Counted from the first letter of the stretch, positions 1-13,319 are shown. The stretch is 64,000 bases of DNA from Octopus vulgaris (GCA_951406725.2 OX597823.1:89962001-90026000); one strand, 5' to 3'. Translations and numbers: made by a program. The notes: generated by a model not told the origin, from the letters alone.

Positions 1-1144
1 AATATCCAAGAATGTCCAAGGTATTTGTGTAATACCACTGTATTGACCAGACTATCAGCATTGTTTTAGCCTTCAAATGATGCCACCCTGCTGACCAGGC
101 TAGCAGACCAACATTCCCCTTGACCAGAAGACTATTCCATCACAAAATTAACCATTTACTGCTGAGCAATGAGCTTTGCTCAAGAACACAATCTGCCACT
201 TAGTTCAAGAATCAAATCCGCATTCCTGCAATCGTGAGTTCAATACCCTGCCTTCACATATTTGTGTATTACAGACAACATAATAGGATAAGCAAGATAA
301 AGAACTTCCAGAGTTCAAATATCACTAAGGACAACTTCACCTTTCATACGTTTCATAAAATACAGCACTAAATATTCTTATAAAGCCTTAGAGATGCAAC
401 TGCAATCCATAGAGAAAACTAAGAAGACTTCACCTATACTCCCAGTAATAGTATCATAACATGTCTACAATTTGTCTTTCATCTCCATTATCATTTTAAT
501 GTTCACATTTCCATGCTCGCATGGCTCAGATAGATTTTGTTGAGGCAGATTTTCTAAGGCTGGGATGCCACCCTTCCTATCACCAACTCTCACATGCTTC
601 CAAACAAAGTTCCCTATGGCCAGATCAGAATTTAATAACAACACTTGTATAACAGTGATGCTCATTTACAACCACCATGAGATATCAAAACAAGGAAGGA
701 ACATGCATGCACACACACACACACACATTTATATAATGGACATCTTTGAGTTTCCATCTGACAAATCCACTCACAAGGCTTTAGTTGGCCTAGGGCTATA
801 GTAGGAGACACTTACCCAAAGTGCCACTTGGTTGGTCTGAATCTGAGAATATGCATTTGGGAAGTGGACTTCTTCATCACACAACTATGCTTGTTTCTAT
901 TATTAAGTGTAAAGTCCTCAAACCTGTAGGTCTCATGGAAGCCTTCAGGCAGGGTTCCACCACCATTCTCCTCAACACAGTGCTCTCAGAAAGTATTCTC
1001 TCCACTATTATAACTTATGAATGGTATTAGAGTAAGTCACCAACCCATTCCAAATATCAAATCCATTTTAGTTTGGTGACCTGAGCCGTTGGTGGTGAAC
1101 TATCTCTGCAGGATGTGATAATGATGGCAATAATAATGATAATA

Positions 1145-1182
<38 letters not shown>

Positions 1183-1201
1183 AATAATAATGATAATAAT
1201 G

Positions 1202-1248
<47 letters not shown>

Positions 1249-2559
1249 AACCGTTTAACGTCCATTTTCCATGCTAGCATGGGTTGGATGGTTCGACCGG
1301 GATCTGGGAAGCCAGGTGGTTGCACCAGGCTCCAGTCTGATCTGGCAGTGTTTCTACAGCTGGATGCCTTTCCTAATAGCAACCACCCCGTGAGTGTAGT
1401 GGGTGCTTTTTATATGCCAGCGGCACAGGGGCCTTGGGGAGGCTTGCAACGGCCACAATCAGTTGGTGGTTTTTATGTGTCACTGGCACAGAAGCCAGTC
1501 AAGGTGGTGCTGGCATCAGCCATGTTCGGATGGTGCTTTTTACGTGCCACCTGCACTTTTATCACAACTACAATTTCCATTTGATTTTCATTTTGATGTT
1601 GATGTACTTGACTCAATAGGTCTCCTCAAGCACAGCAGGTCACCCTATGATCAAAGGTACTTTTGAATGGGCTGGGGCTGGTTATGCGAAACTGGTGTAG
1701 GATAAAGCTGTGAACTCACTTTCTACAAGAGGCACAAAGTCAGAAATTTAGGAGAGTGGGGCTTGTTGATTGTTTTGACCCCAGTGCTCAACTGGCATTT
1801 ATTTTATTGACCCTAAAAGGATGAAAGGTAAAGTTGGCCTCAGTGGAATTTGAACCCAAAATGTAATGAGTCAGAAGAAACTACTAAGCATTTCGTCCAT
1901 CATGTATATGATTCTGCCAGCTCTACATCCAAATAATAATGATGATAGTAATGAGTGTATTGTATACAGTACAGGAGTGCAGTACAACTCATTGGCAGTG
2001 GGTAAAAAGAAAGGGGGACAGAAAGCAATAATATGTCAAGTAAAGAGAGACAGCAATAATAGTCAAAGTTGCATGCCTCATACTCAGGATAAAACAAAAA
2101 GACAGAAAACTGAAGAGTAAAAGAGCTGTAGGCGCAGTTATCTCCCCTGGCGGTGGTTGCCCAAATTAATAGGCCACTAGAGGGCACACACAGCGCTAAG
2201 GTTCAAACACTAAGCCCTGGCATTTCCTCTTTCGCATTGAGATGCCTGAGAGCAAAGACATTATCTAACTATCTCTTGTACACCTGTAGCAGCAAGCATT
2301 TGAGGTAGTACACACAAGATGAACATGGTCCTTCATTTATGAACTCTTTCCATTATCATTCAAGTTGTATATATTTGAGACTAAGAGTAAAGGTATTTAA
2401 AGTTACAGCCTTGTTCTATGAATTCATTGTACCATGTTTCTTTATCGAATGACATATTACAGCCTTCTGAACAGAGTCACCATTAGATGGCTTCATAGTG
2501 AGAATGCCACCAGCCATAAAGAGGAAAGGGGACACAAGCAAGTCAGGAGTAGTGTTGGC

Positions 2560-3370
2560 AAGTTTCAGAAGCATGGAATTTTTTAAGGATACAATGTCCT
2601 GACAGCTAACAACCAACTTGAGTAGTTTATTCCATGCTCCAACAATTCTGACCATGGGAAAATTTCTAAAAGACATGGGTTCTGTGGTGTTCTTTGATTT
2701 TATAAGAATATCCATGAATGGTAGATATTATTGAATTCAAAAAAATGGCTAAAGTGATGGATAATCTAGTGTGCTTCTAGCAGGTCAATTGTTGAAGACA
2801 CTGAAGTGTCAAAGTGTCAATATCCAAAGAAGCAAGAAGGTGGCAAGCTGGCAGAAACGTTAGCACACCAGGTGAAATGCTTAGCGGTGTTTCATCTGTC
2901 ATTACATTCTGAGTTCAAATTCTGCTGAGGTCGACTTTGCCTTTCATCCTTTCTGGTTTGATAAATTAAGTACCAGTTTCATACTGGAGTTAATCTAATC
3001 AACTGGGCCCCCTCCTCCAAATTTTTGGGCCTTGTGCCTAGAGTAGAAAAGAATATCCAAAGAAACAAGATGTTTAGGATAAAGTGACTGATGCCTGGCT
3101 GCATGTCTCTGAACATCTTCCAAAATGTCTTTGGACAGCATCTGGGCAAGATGTGGGTTACAGACTGGAGATGCAAACTGCATGGATGTACCATAATCAT
3201 ATATAATTTTAGATGGCCTGTGGCAAAGGACTTCCTGAGACACACCTCAGGGCATTTTCTATGATTTTAGAAATGTCATTCATCCAATACAGATCACTGA
3301 TACAGATACAGCATAGAGTACTTGTGACAGGATGGGAACTTTAGATCTTTGGTGGGTACACATGTCATCA
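2560..3370 (-). mobile_element. decayed CR1-type LINE 3' region, interrupted by a SINE
   Basis: FASPV.NPHL...LEDVQR.A and RIVGAWNKL remnants. Confidence 0.7.
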
Positions 3371-3898
3371 TCACACAATATATTTTGCCACCTGTGACCC
3401 CAATAACTCTTACATGGTTACTTGACCTGCTAGAAATAGCACACAACTATCTTTAAAAAATAAGAACATGTTAGATAATATAGTCCTGGGTACACTATGG
3501 ACTAAATAAAAAGAAATTAAAGATTGTATGATCAAAACTGGCCTTTGACTATCAGTATGTTCGATTATGATTGATCTGAGGTTAAAAAATAATATATCTT
3601 GGAATCAAGTTGTGTGTGTGTGTGTGTTTGAAGAAAGTGGGAAATAAAATTTCAAAAGCCAAAAATATGCACCCATTACCTAGTATGCATCTGATGGAAT
3701 TTTGACAGTTCCTCAATTTTTAGAATTTTTTTTTTTTTTTCCGGAATGTTAGAATTTTAGTTTCCACGTACTAAACAAAAACAACAACAACAAGCCACCA
3801 AGTGAGTGCAAATACCTGAAGTCAAAAAATCTCCACCACGAGTGAATGAATGACTGAATTAATAAATAATAGAAAGAAAAAGTCACATTTTTGTTTAC

Positions 3899-3913
3899 CT
3901 GTGCATTTGACAT
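3899..3913 (-). CDS. possible first coding mini-exon (MSNAQ) of an unidentified minus-strand gene running toward the left edge
   Basis: Minus strand reads gccATGTCAAATGCACAG|gtaaac (Kozak-like context plus donor) in non-repetitive, CpG-containing sequence. No downstream exon identified. Confidence 0.3.
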
Positions 3914-4304
3914 GGCGTAACGAACTTTTTCCGATTCATTAAAACAGCGCGTAAAACAAGATCTTCGTATTCACCTGTCCGTATCTTTTAAACCAAGTGA
4001 TTCTTGCTTCTCCTTCTTCTTCTTATATACATATATAGGTGTACATATGCGATGATGTGCGTGTGTGGTTTGTATTTGGACTGTATAAATTATTTAAACA
4101 ATCATTATTAAACGAAAAGAGAAATAAAATAAATCACCTGCCAACTATTGCCAACTAAAACTGGCAGTTAAGAACAGCAACACATAGTAACAATATAACA
4201 AAACAACAGGCTTCGTGTGTGTGTAAATAAATAAATATATACATGTAACACACACACACATTCATACATACACATACACACACTACGCTCATAAAACGCT
4301 TACA

Positions 4305-4317
4305 GTTGCTAGGACAC
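4305..4317. promoter_or_regulatory. RFX X-box-like motif GTTGCTAGGACAC
   Basis: Resembles the X-box GTTGCTAGGCAAC with one perfect half-site; about 400 bp upstream of the putative minus-strand ATG. Confidence 0.25.
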
Positions 4318-4526
4318 GACGAAACGTTATGTGTATATATATATGTGTGTGTGTGTATATATATACATTTTTACATACTTTATTTTTTTAGTTCCTTGCT
4401 TGTCATTTTGGTCATTAGACCACCTCCTCTTCTGCCTCCTCCTCCTACGTCACCACTAAGCTGCTGATATGCTAACATGCAGACAGTGGGGACCGTCTAT
4501 TAAGACATATAATTACACAAATATTC

Positions 4527-4559
<33 letters not shown>

Positions 4560-4589
4560 TATATACATAAATTAGGGAGTTATAGTCCC

Positions 4590-4659
<70 letters not shown>

Positions 4660-4761
4660 CCTTAAAAATCCTTAAAAATGTTTTAGCCCGAAAACATAGG
4701 GAGTTATACTCCCTAATATTATTATTTTTATACACACACACACACTCACACACTCACACAC

Positions 4762-4806
<45 letters not shown>

Positions 4807-4890
4807 CACGCACTCTCACACACACACATAGATACATACATGTGTACGTGTATTTGTGTGCGTGTGTGTGATAGAACTGGGCGTCTAAAC

Positions 4891-5574
4891 CAGTGGTTAC
4901 CAACTGGGATCCGTATGATCCTTTGCGGGTGGAGTCATGTAACTTTTGTTGTTAAAATTTGTTTTATAAACTTGTTATACTTCTTTGCATTATTTACATT
5001 ATTTTGTTATACTTTTTCAATACACAAAATATTTTAACAAATTTTTTTTTTGCAGTTCTTAATATTATTCAATTATAAAAGTATAATAAGAGTTTTTTTT
5101 AATTAACTGGCTGCGAGGGTCCACCTGGGTAAAACAAGTATCAAATGGATAGGTGCAGGAGTGGCTGTGTGTTAAGTAGTTTGCTTACCAACCATATGGT
5201 TACGGGTTCAGTCCCACTGTATGGCACATTGGACAAGTGTCTTCTACTATAGCCTCGGGCCCACCAAAGCCTTGTGAATAGATTTGGTATACGGAAACCG
5301 AAAGAAGCCCGTCGTGTGTGTTTGTGTGTCTGTGTTTGTCCCCCTAACATCGCTTGACAACCGATGCTGGTGTGTTTATGTCCCCCATAACTTAGCGGTT
5401 CAGCAAAAGAGACCGATAGAATAAGTACTAGGCTTACAAAGAATAAGTCCTGGGGTCGATTTGTTTGACTAAAAGCGGTGCTCCAGCATGGCCGCAGTCA
5501 AATGACTGAAACAAATAAAAGAATAAAAGTATCAAATGGGTCCACAGGGAAAAAAAAATGGTTGAGAATCACTG
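4891..5574. mobile_element. hAT (Charlie-like) MITE containing a nested SINE
   Basis: TIRs CAGTGGTTACCAAC / GTTGAGAATCACTG; 8-bp flanks gtctaaac and atctagaa resemble the NTCTAGAN target. Confidence 0.7.
5151..5526 (+). mobile_element. tRNA-derived SINE family A (A/B boxes, internal TG microsatellite, GAAACAA(G/A)TAAAAGA tail)
   Basis: TGGCTGTGTG / GGTTCAGTCC boxes; 13-bp TSD aagtatcaaatgg at 5136 and 5527. Other copies at ~737, 17790, 18580, 20545, 21262, 27950, 37845, 42985, 44112, 45927, 46475, 47258, 53090, 53265, 60465. Confidence 0.9.
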
Positions 5575-7588
5575 ATCTAGAACCCAAAAGTACCAGCCTT
5601 CCCCATCCGATGTCCTTCTTAAGGGCCATAAGCCAGACTTAACTTCTAACCCTCTATTAGGCTCATTTGCCCCTTGAAATCATTCTCCACACACCGACAG
5701 GGTGTCCCATCATGAAGGGACACATTTTAAATGCAAGTAGCAAAGACTGGAACAAGCACGTTTATGGGAAATAAAACGGACACAGCATCGTGTGCGTGTG
5801 TGCATGTGCACTTCACATACAATCGTAGCATATTCATAAGGATGTTAAACACATGCATATAAATCTTAATATACATTCACAGTTATACACACAGTAACAT
5901 TACACATTTAGCAGTTCAGCATTTACATAAGAAATTACATATTGGTACATACATATTTACACACACACACACATACACACACACACACACACACACATAC
6001 ATACATACATACATACACACACACACATACACACACATACATACATACATACATACATACATACATACATACATACATACATACATACATCCATACACAC
6101 ATACATACATACACACACACATACATACATACACACATACACATTCATACACATACACAATGTTCATGTGAATACAGACAGAGACACAGTGGCACAGCCC
6201 ATTAACCCTGTCTCAACATTGATTTCAAGCTTTGGCACCAGGCTGTCAATTGATAGAGACATTGAGAAGTCAACTGAATCAACAGTCATTACATTTTTTT
6301 TTATATTGATATTTATTCTATTTGATCCCCGGAGTGACGAAAAGCTAAAACCTCCGGGTAGGACTTGAGCTTAGTTCACTTTATTCTTCTCTAATCTAAA
6401 GTTTGAACATGACAATTTATCTTTAAAGGCAGAACTACCAAAAGTCGATGTGCACCGCGCAGCCCACGCACCAACTCTGTTTCCTAATAACTTTATGAAA
6501 ACTGGATATTTTTTTAAGGAAATTTTTACATTGTGTAGATTATAATTTGTAGTGGTTCATGCAGGCATGGCATGGATTTGATCCTCAATCACCAAATTTC
6601 ACTTAACAGTTCAACAGCACTTTTCTCACAGTGAAACAATCGTTTTACTGTGAATGACAGCAGTTACATTTGCCAGATGCCATCGCTAAGCAGAATAATG
6701 TCTTTGCCACTTGACCCTTCTACCCTCTTCTAGGCCACCAAAAGCTAGTATAGAGATAACAGACTGCCAACGAAACCTATTGTTCACAACAATATGTCTA
6801 TCCTTTTGGCTGGTTTCGGATAGTTATAAAAACAAGAACTCCATAAGCCAAAGTCAATGAGAACTGAGTCAGGCTGAGTGGCTGAACAAAATGCCACCTC
6901 TAAAGGAAAGGCACAAAGGGACAGTTATGGTAACTCACCAATGAAGCAGTTGTTTTGTCCCACCCTTTTCACTTTCACTAACTCACTTTCTTTTCTCTGA
7001 AACATTACTATATCTCTATATATATAGTACTATGAAATTGTGTACACACATACCGGCCAAAATTAACTCTTTTTACCTTGCATGCTTTTCCATTTACTAG
7101 TTATACATACCAACCCGTTGTGGTTTTGGATATATACAAAGTAACGGTAAATGAATATCTCTTTATAACTTCAATCACTGATCTTCTTCCATCATGCACA
7201 TTGGCAACCAACACCTTAGCAACAACCATTGGTGACCCTCAACTGCAACGAAGAACAAACCATTACAAATTACATCGAAATTTGATGTGGCACAAAATAT
7301 TAATTTCAAATTTTGGTACAAGGCCAGCAATTTCAGGGGAGGTTGCATCGACCCAAATATTCAAATGGTACATATTTTATTGAGACCTTGAAATGATGAA
7401 AGGCAAAGTTGACCCCAATGGTATTTGAACTCAGAATGTAAAATTAGAAGTGTCGTTAAGCATTTTTAACCAGAATGATAATGACTTAGCGCCAGCTCGC
7501 CATCTTAAATGTGAAACAATACATTCATTGGTTGTGTGTAGATAATTCATTCAACTTCATCAGAACGTATGAGGAAACAAAGTTAGTT

Positions 7589-7785
7589 ACTCTTTTACTT
7601 GTTTCGGTCATTTGACTGTGGCCATGCTAAAGCACTGCCTTTAGCTGAGCAAATCGACCCAAGGACTTATTCTTTGTAAGCCTAGTACTTATTCTATCAA
7701 TTTCTTTTGCCGAACCACTTAGTTACGGTAAACACACCAGCATCGGTTGTCAAGCAATGTTGGTGGGGACAAACACAGACACACA

Positions 7786-7833
<48 letters not shown>

Positions 7834-8007
7834 CACACATATATATACGACAGGCTTCTTTCAGTTTCCGTCTACCAAATCCACTCACAAGGCTTGGTGG
7901 GTTCAGTCCCACTGCGTGGCACCTTGGGCAAGTGTCTTCTACTAAAGCCTTGGGCCGACCAAAGCCTTGTGAGTGGATTTGGTAGACGGAAGCTGAAAGA
8001 ACCCTGT

Positions 8008-8052
<45 letters not shown>

Positions 8053-8259
8053 ATATGTTTGTGTGTCTGTATTTGTCCCACAACATCACTTGACAACCGA
8101 TGCTGGTGTGTTTACATCCCCGTAACTTAGCGGTTCAGCAAAAGAAACCGATAGAATAATTACTAGGCTTACAAAGAATAAGTCGTGGGGTCAATTTGCT
8201 CGACTAAAGGCAGTGATCCAGCATGTCCACAGTCAAATGACTGAAACAAGTAAAAGAGT
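7589..8259. mobile_element. two 5'-truncated family A SINEs fused head-to-head
   Basis: 7589-7896 (-) and 7898-8259 (+) are reverse-complement homologues. Confidence 0.85.
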
Positions 8260-8489
8260 ATATATACATACATACACACGTAACACATGATATAATTATA
8301 AAAGGCAAATTTCAACCATTCCTCCACAGACTGAAAAAATGATGAACAACCTTCATTGAAATTCGAACCTTGTTAGATTCAGATCAGAGGCGTTCACATC
8401 ACTTTGACAATCTCCAGAGAAACAAGCAGCCAAACTCAAGATCTTAGTCCACACAGTATCAAAGTATGGTATATATATATATATATATA

Positions 8490-8903
8490 CCATCCGTTCG
8501 CGTCCGTTGCCAGCCTCGGCTGGCCCCCGTGCCGGTGACACGTAAAAGCACCGTCCGTTCGTGGCCGGTTGCCAGCTCTGTCTGGCCCCGTGTCGGTGGC
8601 ACGTAAAAGCACCATCCGTTCGTGTCCGTTGCCAGCATCGCCTGGCCCCGTGCCGGTGACACATAAAAGCACCATCCGTTCGTGGCCGTTCGTCAGCTCT
8701 GTCTGGCACCTGTGCAGGTGGCACGTAAAAAACACCCACTACACTCGCGGAGTGGTTGGCGTTAGGAAGGGCATCCAGCCGTAGAAACACTGCCAGATCT
8801 GACTGGGCCTGACGAAGCCTTCCAGCTTCACAGACCCCAGTTGACCTGTCCAACCCATGCTAGCATGGAAAGCGGACGCTAAACGATGATGATGATGATG
8901 ATG
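8490..8903 (+). mobile_element. SINE family C (GGCGTTAGGAAGGGCATCCAG core, (GAT)n tail) with four ~59-bp tandem hairpin units
   Basis: other copies at 1250-1550(-), 14430-14603, 25480-25750, 58038-58353. Confidence 0.85.
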
Positions 8904-8919
8904 ATATATATATATATAT

Positions 8920-9330
8920 AATTTTTTCTTCTTCCTTCTCTCCCTTTCCTTCTTTTTCTTTAATACTCTTTTCAGATACAAACACACACACACACACAAG
9001 CACACACATGCACACACACACACACATGCCCTCTCTCACTTTCTCCCCATTCATTATCCTCTTGTACTATCTTATATCCCGCCCCACCACTACACACTCA
9101 ATAACACTATAAAATGGCCAAATCTTTCCACAAGAACTTAGTTCAATTTGAAAACCCCACTAAAATGGATGAAAGTGCTAATATATGATATATGATATAT
9201 GATATATGTTATATGATGTATAAAAACATGTAATATACAAATAAATATCTGTAAATATAAAACCATCCAAATTTCTGAGTACCCCATTTCTTCTTATATA
9301 AAATACCTGTACTTCATCGCCAAACCTTCT
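8920..9330 (+). mobile_element. PLE terminal-repeat copy, inverted relative to 9361-9710
   Basis: diverged reverse-complement match along ~370 bp, including the hammerhead-like motif. Confidence 0.75.
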
Positions 9331-9360
9331 AATATATATACATATATATATATATATATA

Positions 9361-11108
9361 TTAGAAGAAATGAGGTACTCAGAAATCTGGATGTTTTTTA
9401 TATTTACAGATATTTATTACTATGTTACATGTTTTTATAAATCATATACCATATATTAGCGCTTTCGTCCACTCTAGTGGAGTTTTCAAATTGAACTTTT
9501 GCAGGAATTTTGACTCTTTTTGTAATATTATTGAGCGGGTAGGGGTGGGGAGAGATATAAGATAGTACAAGAGGGTGAGGAATGGGGAGAAAGTGAGAGA
9601 GAGAGAGCGTGTGTGTGTGTGTGTGTGTATTTGTGTGTGTGTGTGTGTGTGTGTGTATCTGAAAAGAGTGTTAAGGAAAAAGAGAAGGAAAGGAAGAAGA
9701 AGAAAAAATTTGTTGATCTCTTTGCAGCTGGTCAGTCTATCAATAGTAAGTGATTCTTGGCTTTTAGTAATGGCAAATCCAGCTGGTCACTCCAAAGGGG
9801 AACAAAATGTTACTTTTCAAAAAATTGTCTGGATTTCCTTTTTATAATTGTCTTGTGAGAGTGTGTGTATCTGTGTATCTGAAAGAGGTGTCAATTGGGA
9901 AAAGGGAATGAAAGAAGGAGTAGGAGAGAAAGAAGAAAAAATGTTTACATTTTTGCAACTGGTCAGTCTTTCAATAGTGTGAGAGTGGGGAGCATTGAGA
10001 AGGGGATAATTCCTAGTGTATGGGGAGGGGAGGTTCTTGGTGCTTCTTGTCGGTGGGGGAGGAGGGTTAGAATGATTAAAGATCCAGGTTTTGGGGTGGG
10101 TTTTGTTTGAAATTTTTCGGGGATGAAAGGGCTTTTTGTATGGTCAGCGGAAGTTGTGTCCTGTGTGGAGGGGGTTTGAAGAGAATGTGTTTTTGAGGTG
10201 TGGTTTGGGGTGGTGTTTATGGGGAACAGTGGGAGTATGTGTTATGGGTCCTTTTATGAATGGGTTTTTTGGATTTATGGTTCAATATGAATTGTGTTTC
10301 ATAATTGAGGAAGAAATCTTTGTTGTTTTCCCAGCGTTTAAGGGAAGTTCGTTCTTCCTTTTCACATTTATCTTTCCATAGTTTAATGACATGTTTGAAG
10401 GACTGTTCATTGGTGTGTGGGGTAACTTCCAAAAGCATCTCATCGTCTATTTTTTTTGTGTATTTTTGTTCATGGTTTTGTGCTCTGAGTTTTAAAAGTT
10501 CTATTTCAGTTTTCATTCTCTCCAATGTTAGATTTTCTCTTAGGGAGTGTTGTTGTTCTGGTTCATCTGGGATGTGTTTAATTTGGAATTTTCGGGGTAG
10601 TATGATGGGGAAGAGTTTAACCATTTGTCGTAAATTTCAGCTTTGTTGTGGTTTTTAAGCATGTTCCAGAAGAGAAGTTTTCTGTTATGTAGTTTCTTGA
10701 TCCAGCTGGTGTTGATCTGGTTTTTAATGTGTTGTGCAGGAGTTGAAGTGTGTTTATTCTGTGTGTTGGGTGGTGTATAAGGTTCCTTCGATGTTAAGTT
10801 GGTAAGTAAAGGCTTCAGTGTAGAGCTAATTTCATTTAGATTTACATTAATCTTATCTGAAAGTTGTTGATGGGGGTCGTTTTCTGAGGTATCCCGGGTT
10901 TGATGGAGAAGTTCGTCAATTTTGTTGGAAAGTGAAAGTAGATGTGTGTTAAGTAATTTGAGTTCTTTTAGAACGGTCTCATTGGTGAATGTCTCTGTAA
11001 GAGTGCTGTTGTTTTTAGGTAGCATTCTGTATCACACGTGTGGTAGAAGGTACAAGTCAGTAAATGGTGGGGTTGTGTTAACCGCACATGGAGAAATGAT
11101 AGGAGAGG
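9361..11108 (-). mobile_element. inverted segment of the same PLE: terminal-repeat end, upstream ORF (11025-10217, frameshifted) and hammerhead-bearing repeat
   Basis: 11054-11108 is the reverse complement of 12971-13028; the ORF is homologous to the ORF at ~32300-31800 of the second PLE. Confidence 0.8.
9454..9492 (-). ncRNA. hammerhead-like motif with U3-A8 core variant
   Basis: Minus strand: TTGAAAA-C TCCAC TAGA GTGGA C-GAAA-GCGC-TA; AGCGCT palindrome. Decayed inverted copy at 9145-9184 (+). Confidence 0.55.
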
Positions 11109-13028
11109 GTGTCCTTTGATGTTATCAACCTCTATACCAACATCCCACATGAATATGGTATTGAGGCAATTGATTTCTGGCTGGAGAAACACCCAGAAGC
11201 ATTTCCTAACCGCATTAACGAGACCTTCATTATGGAATCACTCAAGTTCATTCTGACAAACAATTATTTCCTCTTTGAAAATACACACTACCGCCAAAAA
11301 TGTGGTATCGCGATGGGTACCAAAGCTGCACCAGTCCTTGTGAACCTCATAATGGGTTTCTTCAAACTATCACTGTATGAGATATCATGCCAGAAATTTG
11401 GACACCTTTTTCACATCTACTTAATGGAAAACTGGAAAAGATACCTAGATGATTGTTTCATCATATGGAAAGAATCTTATGAAAAACTTCTGGAATTCAA
11501 AACCTCATGGAACAACATACATCCCAACATTCAATTCACTATGAAATTCAGCAAACATCATCTCCCTTTCCTTGAACTCCTAATTATAAAAACACTTAAC
11601 AACCAAATTACAACAGACATCTACCACAAACCTACAGACTCACAATAATACCTCCTCTTCAGTTCAGGCCACCCAAAACACACCAAGATAAATATCCCCG
11701 TCAACTTAGCTAAAAGGATATGCACCATTGTCTCAGATCCAAAAACTCGAGAAATACACCTTCAAGACCTCAAAAAAACCCACTATTACAATGCTAATAT
11801 CCCTCCACACTCATAGACTATGGAATAAAACGTGCCAAAGAACTCGACAATAATACACTGAAAACCACCCAACACAGTAACACATCCAATCTCAAAATAC
11901 TTTCATACATTTCCACTCAAAACCCCAAAAACATCGAAGCATACACCACAATCAGACAAAACCTCCCCTTACTGTCCACAGACCCCAAAATGGATAATAT
12001 TATCATTACACATAAAATCCTTAAATGCAAAAGGCAACATAAATCTTTGAAAAAACTCTTAACAAATGCCAAACTTCACACACCACATCCACCCTCATCA
12101 GTTAAAAAATGTGCACGCCCAAACTGTGGTACCTGCCCCTTCCTATTTGAAGGCTCTGAATTTACTTTCAAACAAGGAACAAAGTTTAAAATCAAGACCA
12201 ACTTCTCCTGTTCCTCTGAGAACCTCATCTACATTTTCACATGCACCGGTTGCCAACACAATTATGTGAGACAAACGAGCCTTCCTTTATGTAGAAGAGT
12301 AGCAGTCCATAAAGAACAGATAAATCTCCCACAATACCGTCAAATTCCACTCAGTGGTCACATAGACTCTTGCGCTAGAAATAAAAATCCCAAATTTCAT
12401 GTATTCCCTTTCTAGCAATGTAAAGACAGAATCTCTACACAACAAAGATTCAACAAGGAGAATCTTTTTGCTGAAAAATTCCAAACGCTTCTTAACATGC
12501 AAACTCCACAGTGACCATATTCCTTTTACTAGCATCCTGTTTGACAAAAAATCCAGCATTCCAATTAAAGAGTATAAAATCTACAGAATTGTCTCCCCTT
12601 ATTCACAGGAACTGGATAACTCCCACCCCATATCATGTTTTGACACAAACACCCAACCATTTCAAACAAAACACTACACTTAAACACATGCATCCTAATC
12701 CTCCAAAGAAGTTTTTCCAAGGACTAATATTGAACTCTAAAAGCATAAAGACTCTACAATGTATTAGTATACTATTTTTATTTTTGTATACATGTATTAT
12801 TATTTTTTTGAAAAAAACATTGTAAATTTCTTTTTTCCCCTTCCAAATCTTGAAAATTTGCCTTGCAATGAAATCCTTTTGATTTCTTTTTTCTTTTTTA
12901 ATTTTAATTTTTCATACACCCATTTTTATGAAAATTTACTTTCAATTTAGCAGCCTGCCTTATCCTTTTTTCCTCTCCTATCATTTCTCCATGTGCGGTT
13001 AACACAACCCCACAATTTACTGACTTAT
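11109..13028 (+). mobile_element. Penelope-like retroelement (Neptune-type): 5'-truncated RT + Cys linker + GIY-YIG endonuclease, disrupted
   Basis: SFDVINLYTNIP, QKCGIAMGTKAAP, WKRYLDDCF, TDIYHKPTD; CARPNCGTC linker; NLIY..TCTGC..YV.QT GIY-YIG; stops and frameshifts. Confidence 0.92.
12845..12885 (+). ncRNA. decayed U3-A8 hammerhead-like motif downstream of the PLE endonuclease
   Basis: AAATC-TTGAAAA-T TTGC CTT GCAA T-GAAA-TCCTT-TT-GATTT; helices I and II pair, helix III lost. Confidence 0.45.
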
Positions 13029-13185
13029 ACACACACACACACACACATACTTACATACAGCTCCGCTTGAAACGTTAAACCCTCCTTCTTCCCTTCTTTC
13101 CTGAGCATCCAATAATACTTTATTTGTTCCATGTCCTCACATTGTTGTGTTTTTTTTTTGCTTTTGTGTTTTCTTGTTTGGATTA

Positions 13186-13230
<45 letters not shown>

Positions 13231-13284
13231 TATATGTATATATGTATATATGTATATATGTATATATATATATATATGGATATA

Positions 13285-13319
<35 letters not shown>

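Noticed and set aside
6422-6545. TTAAAGG-starting Kolobok-like terminus
   Set aside because: No matching opposite terminus found.
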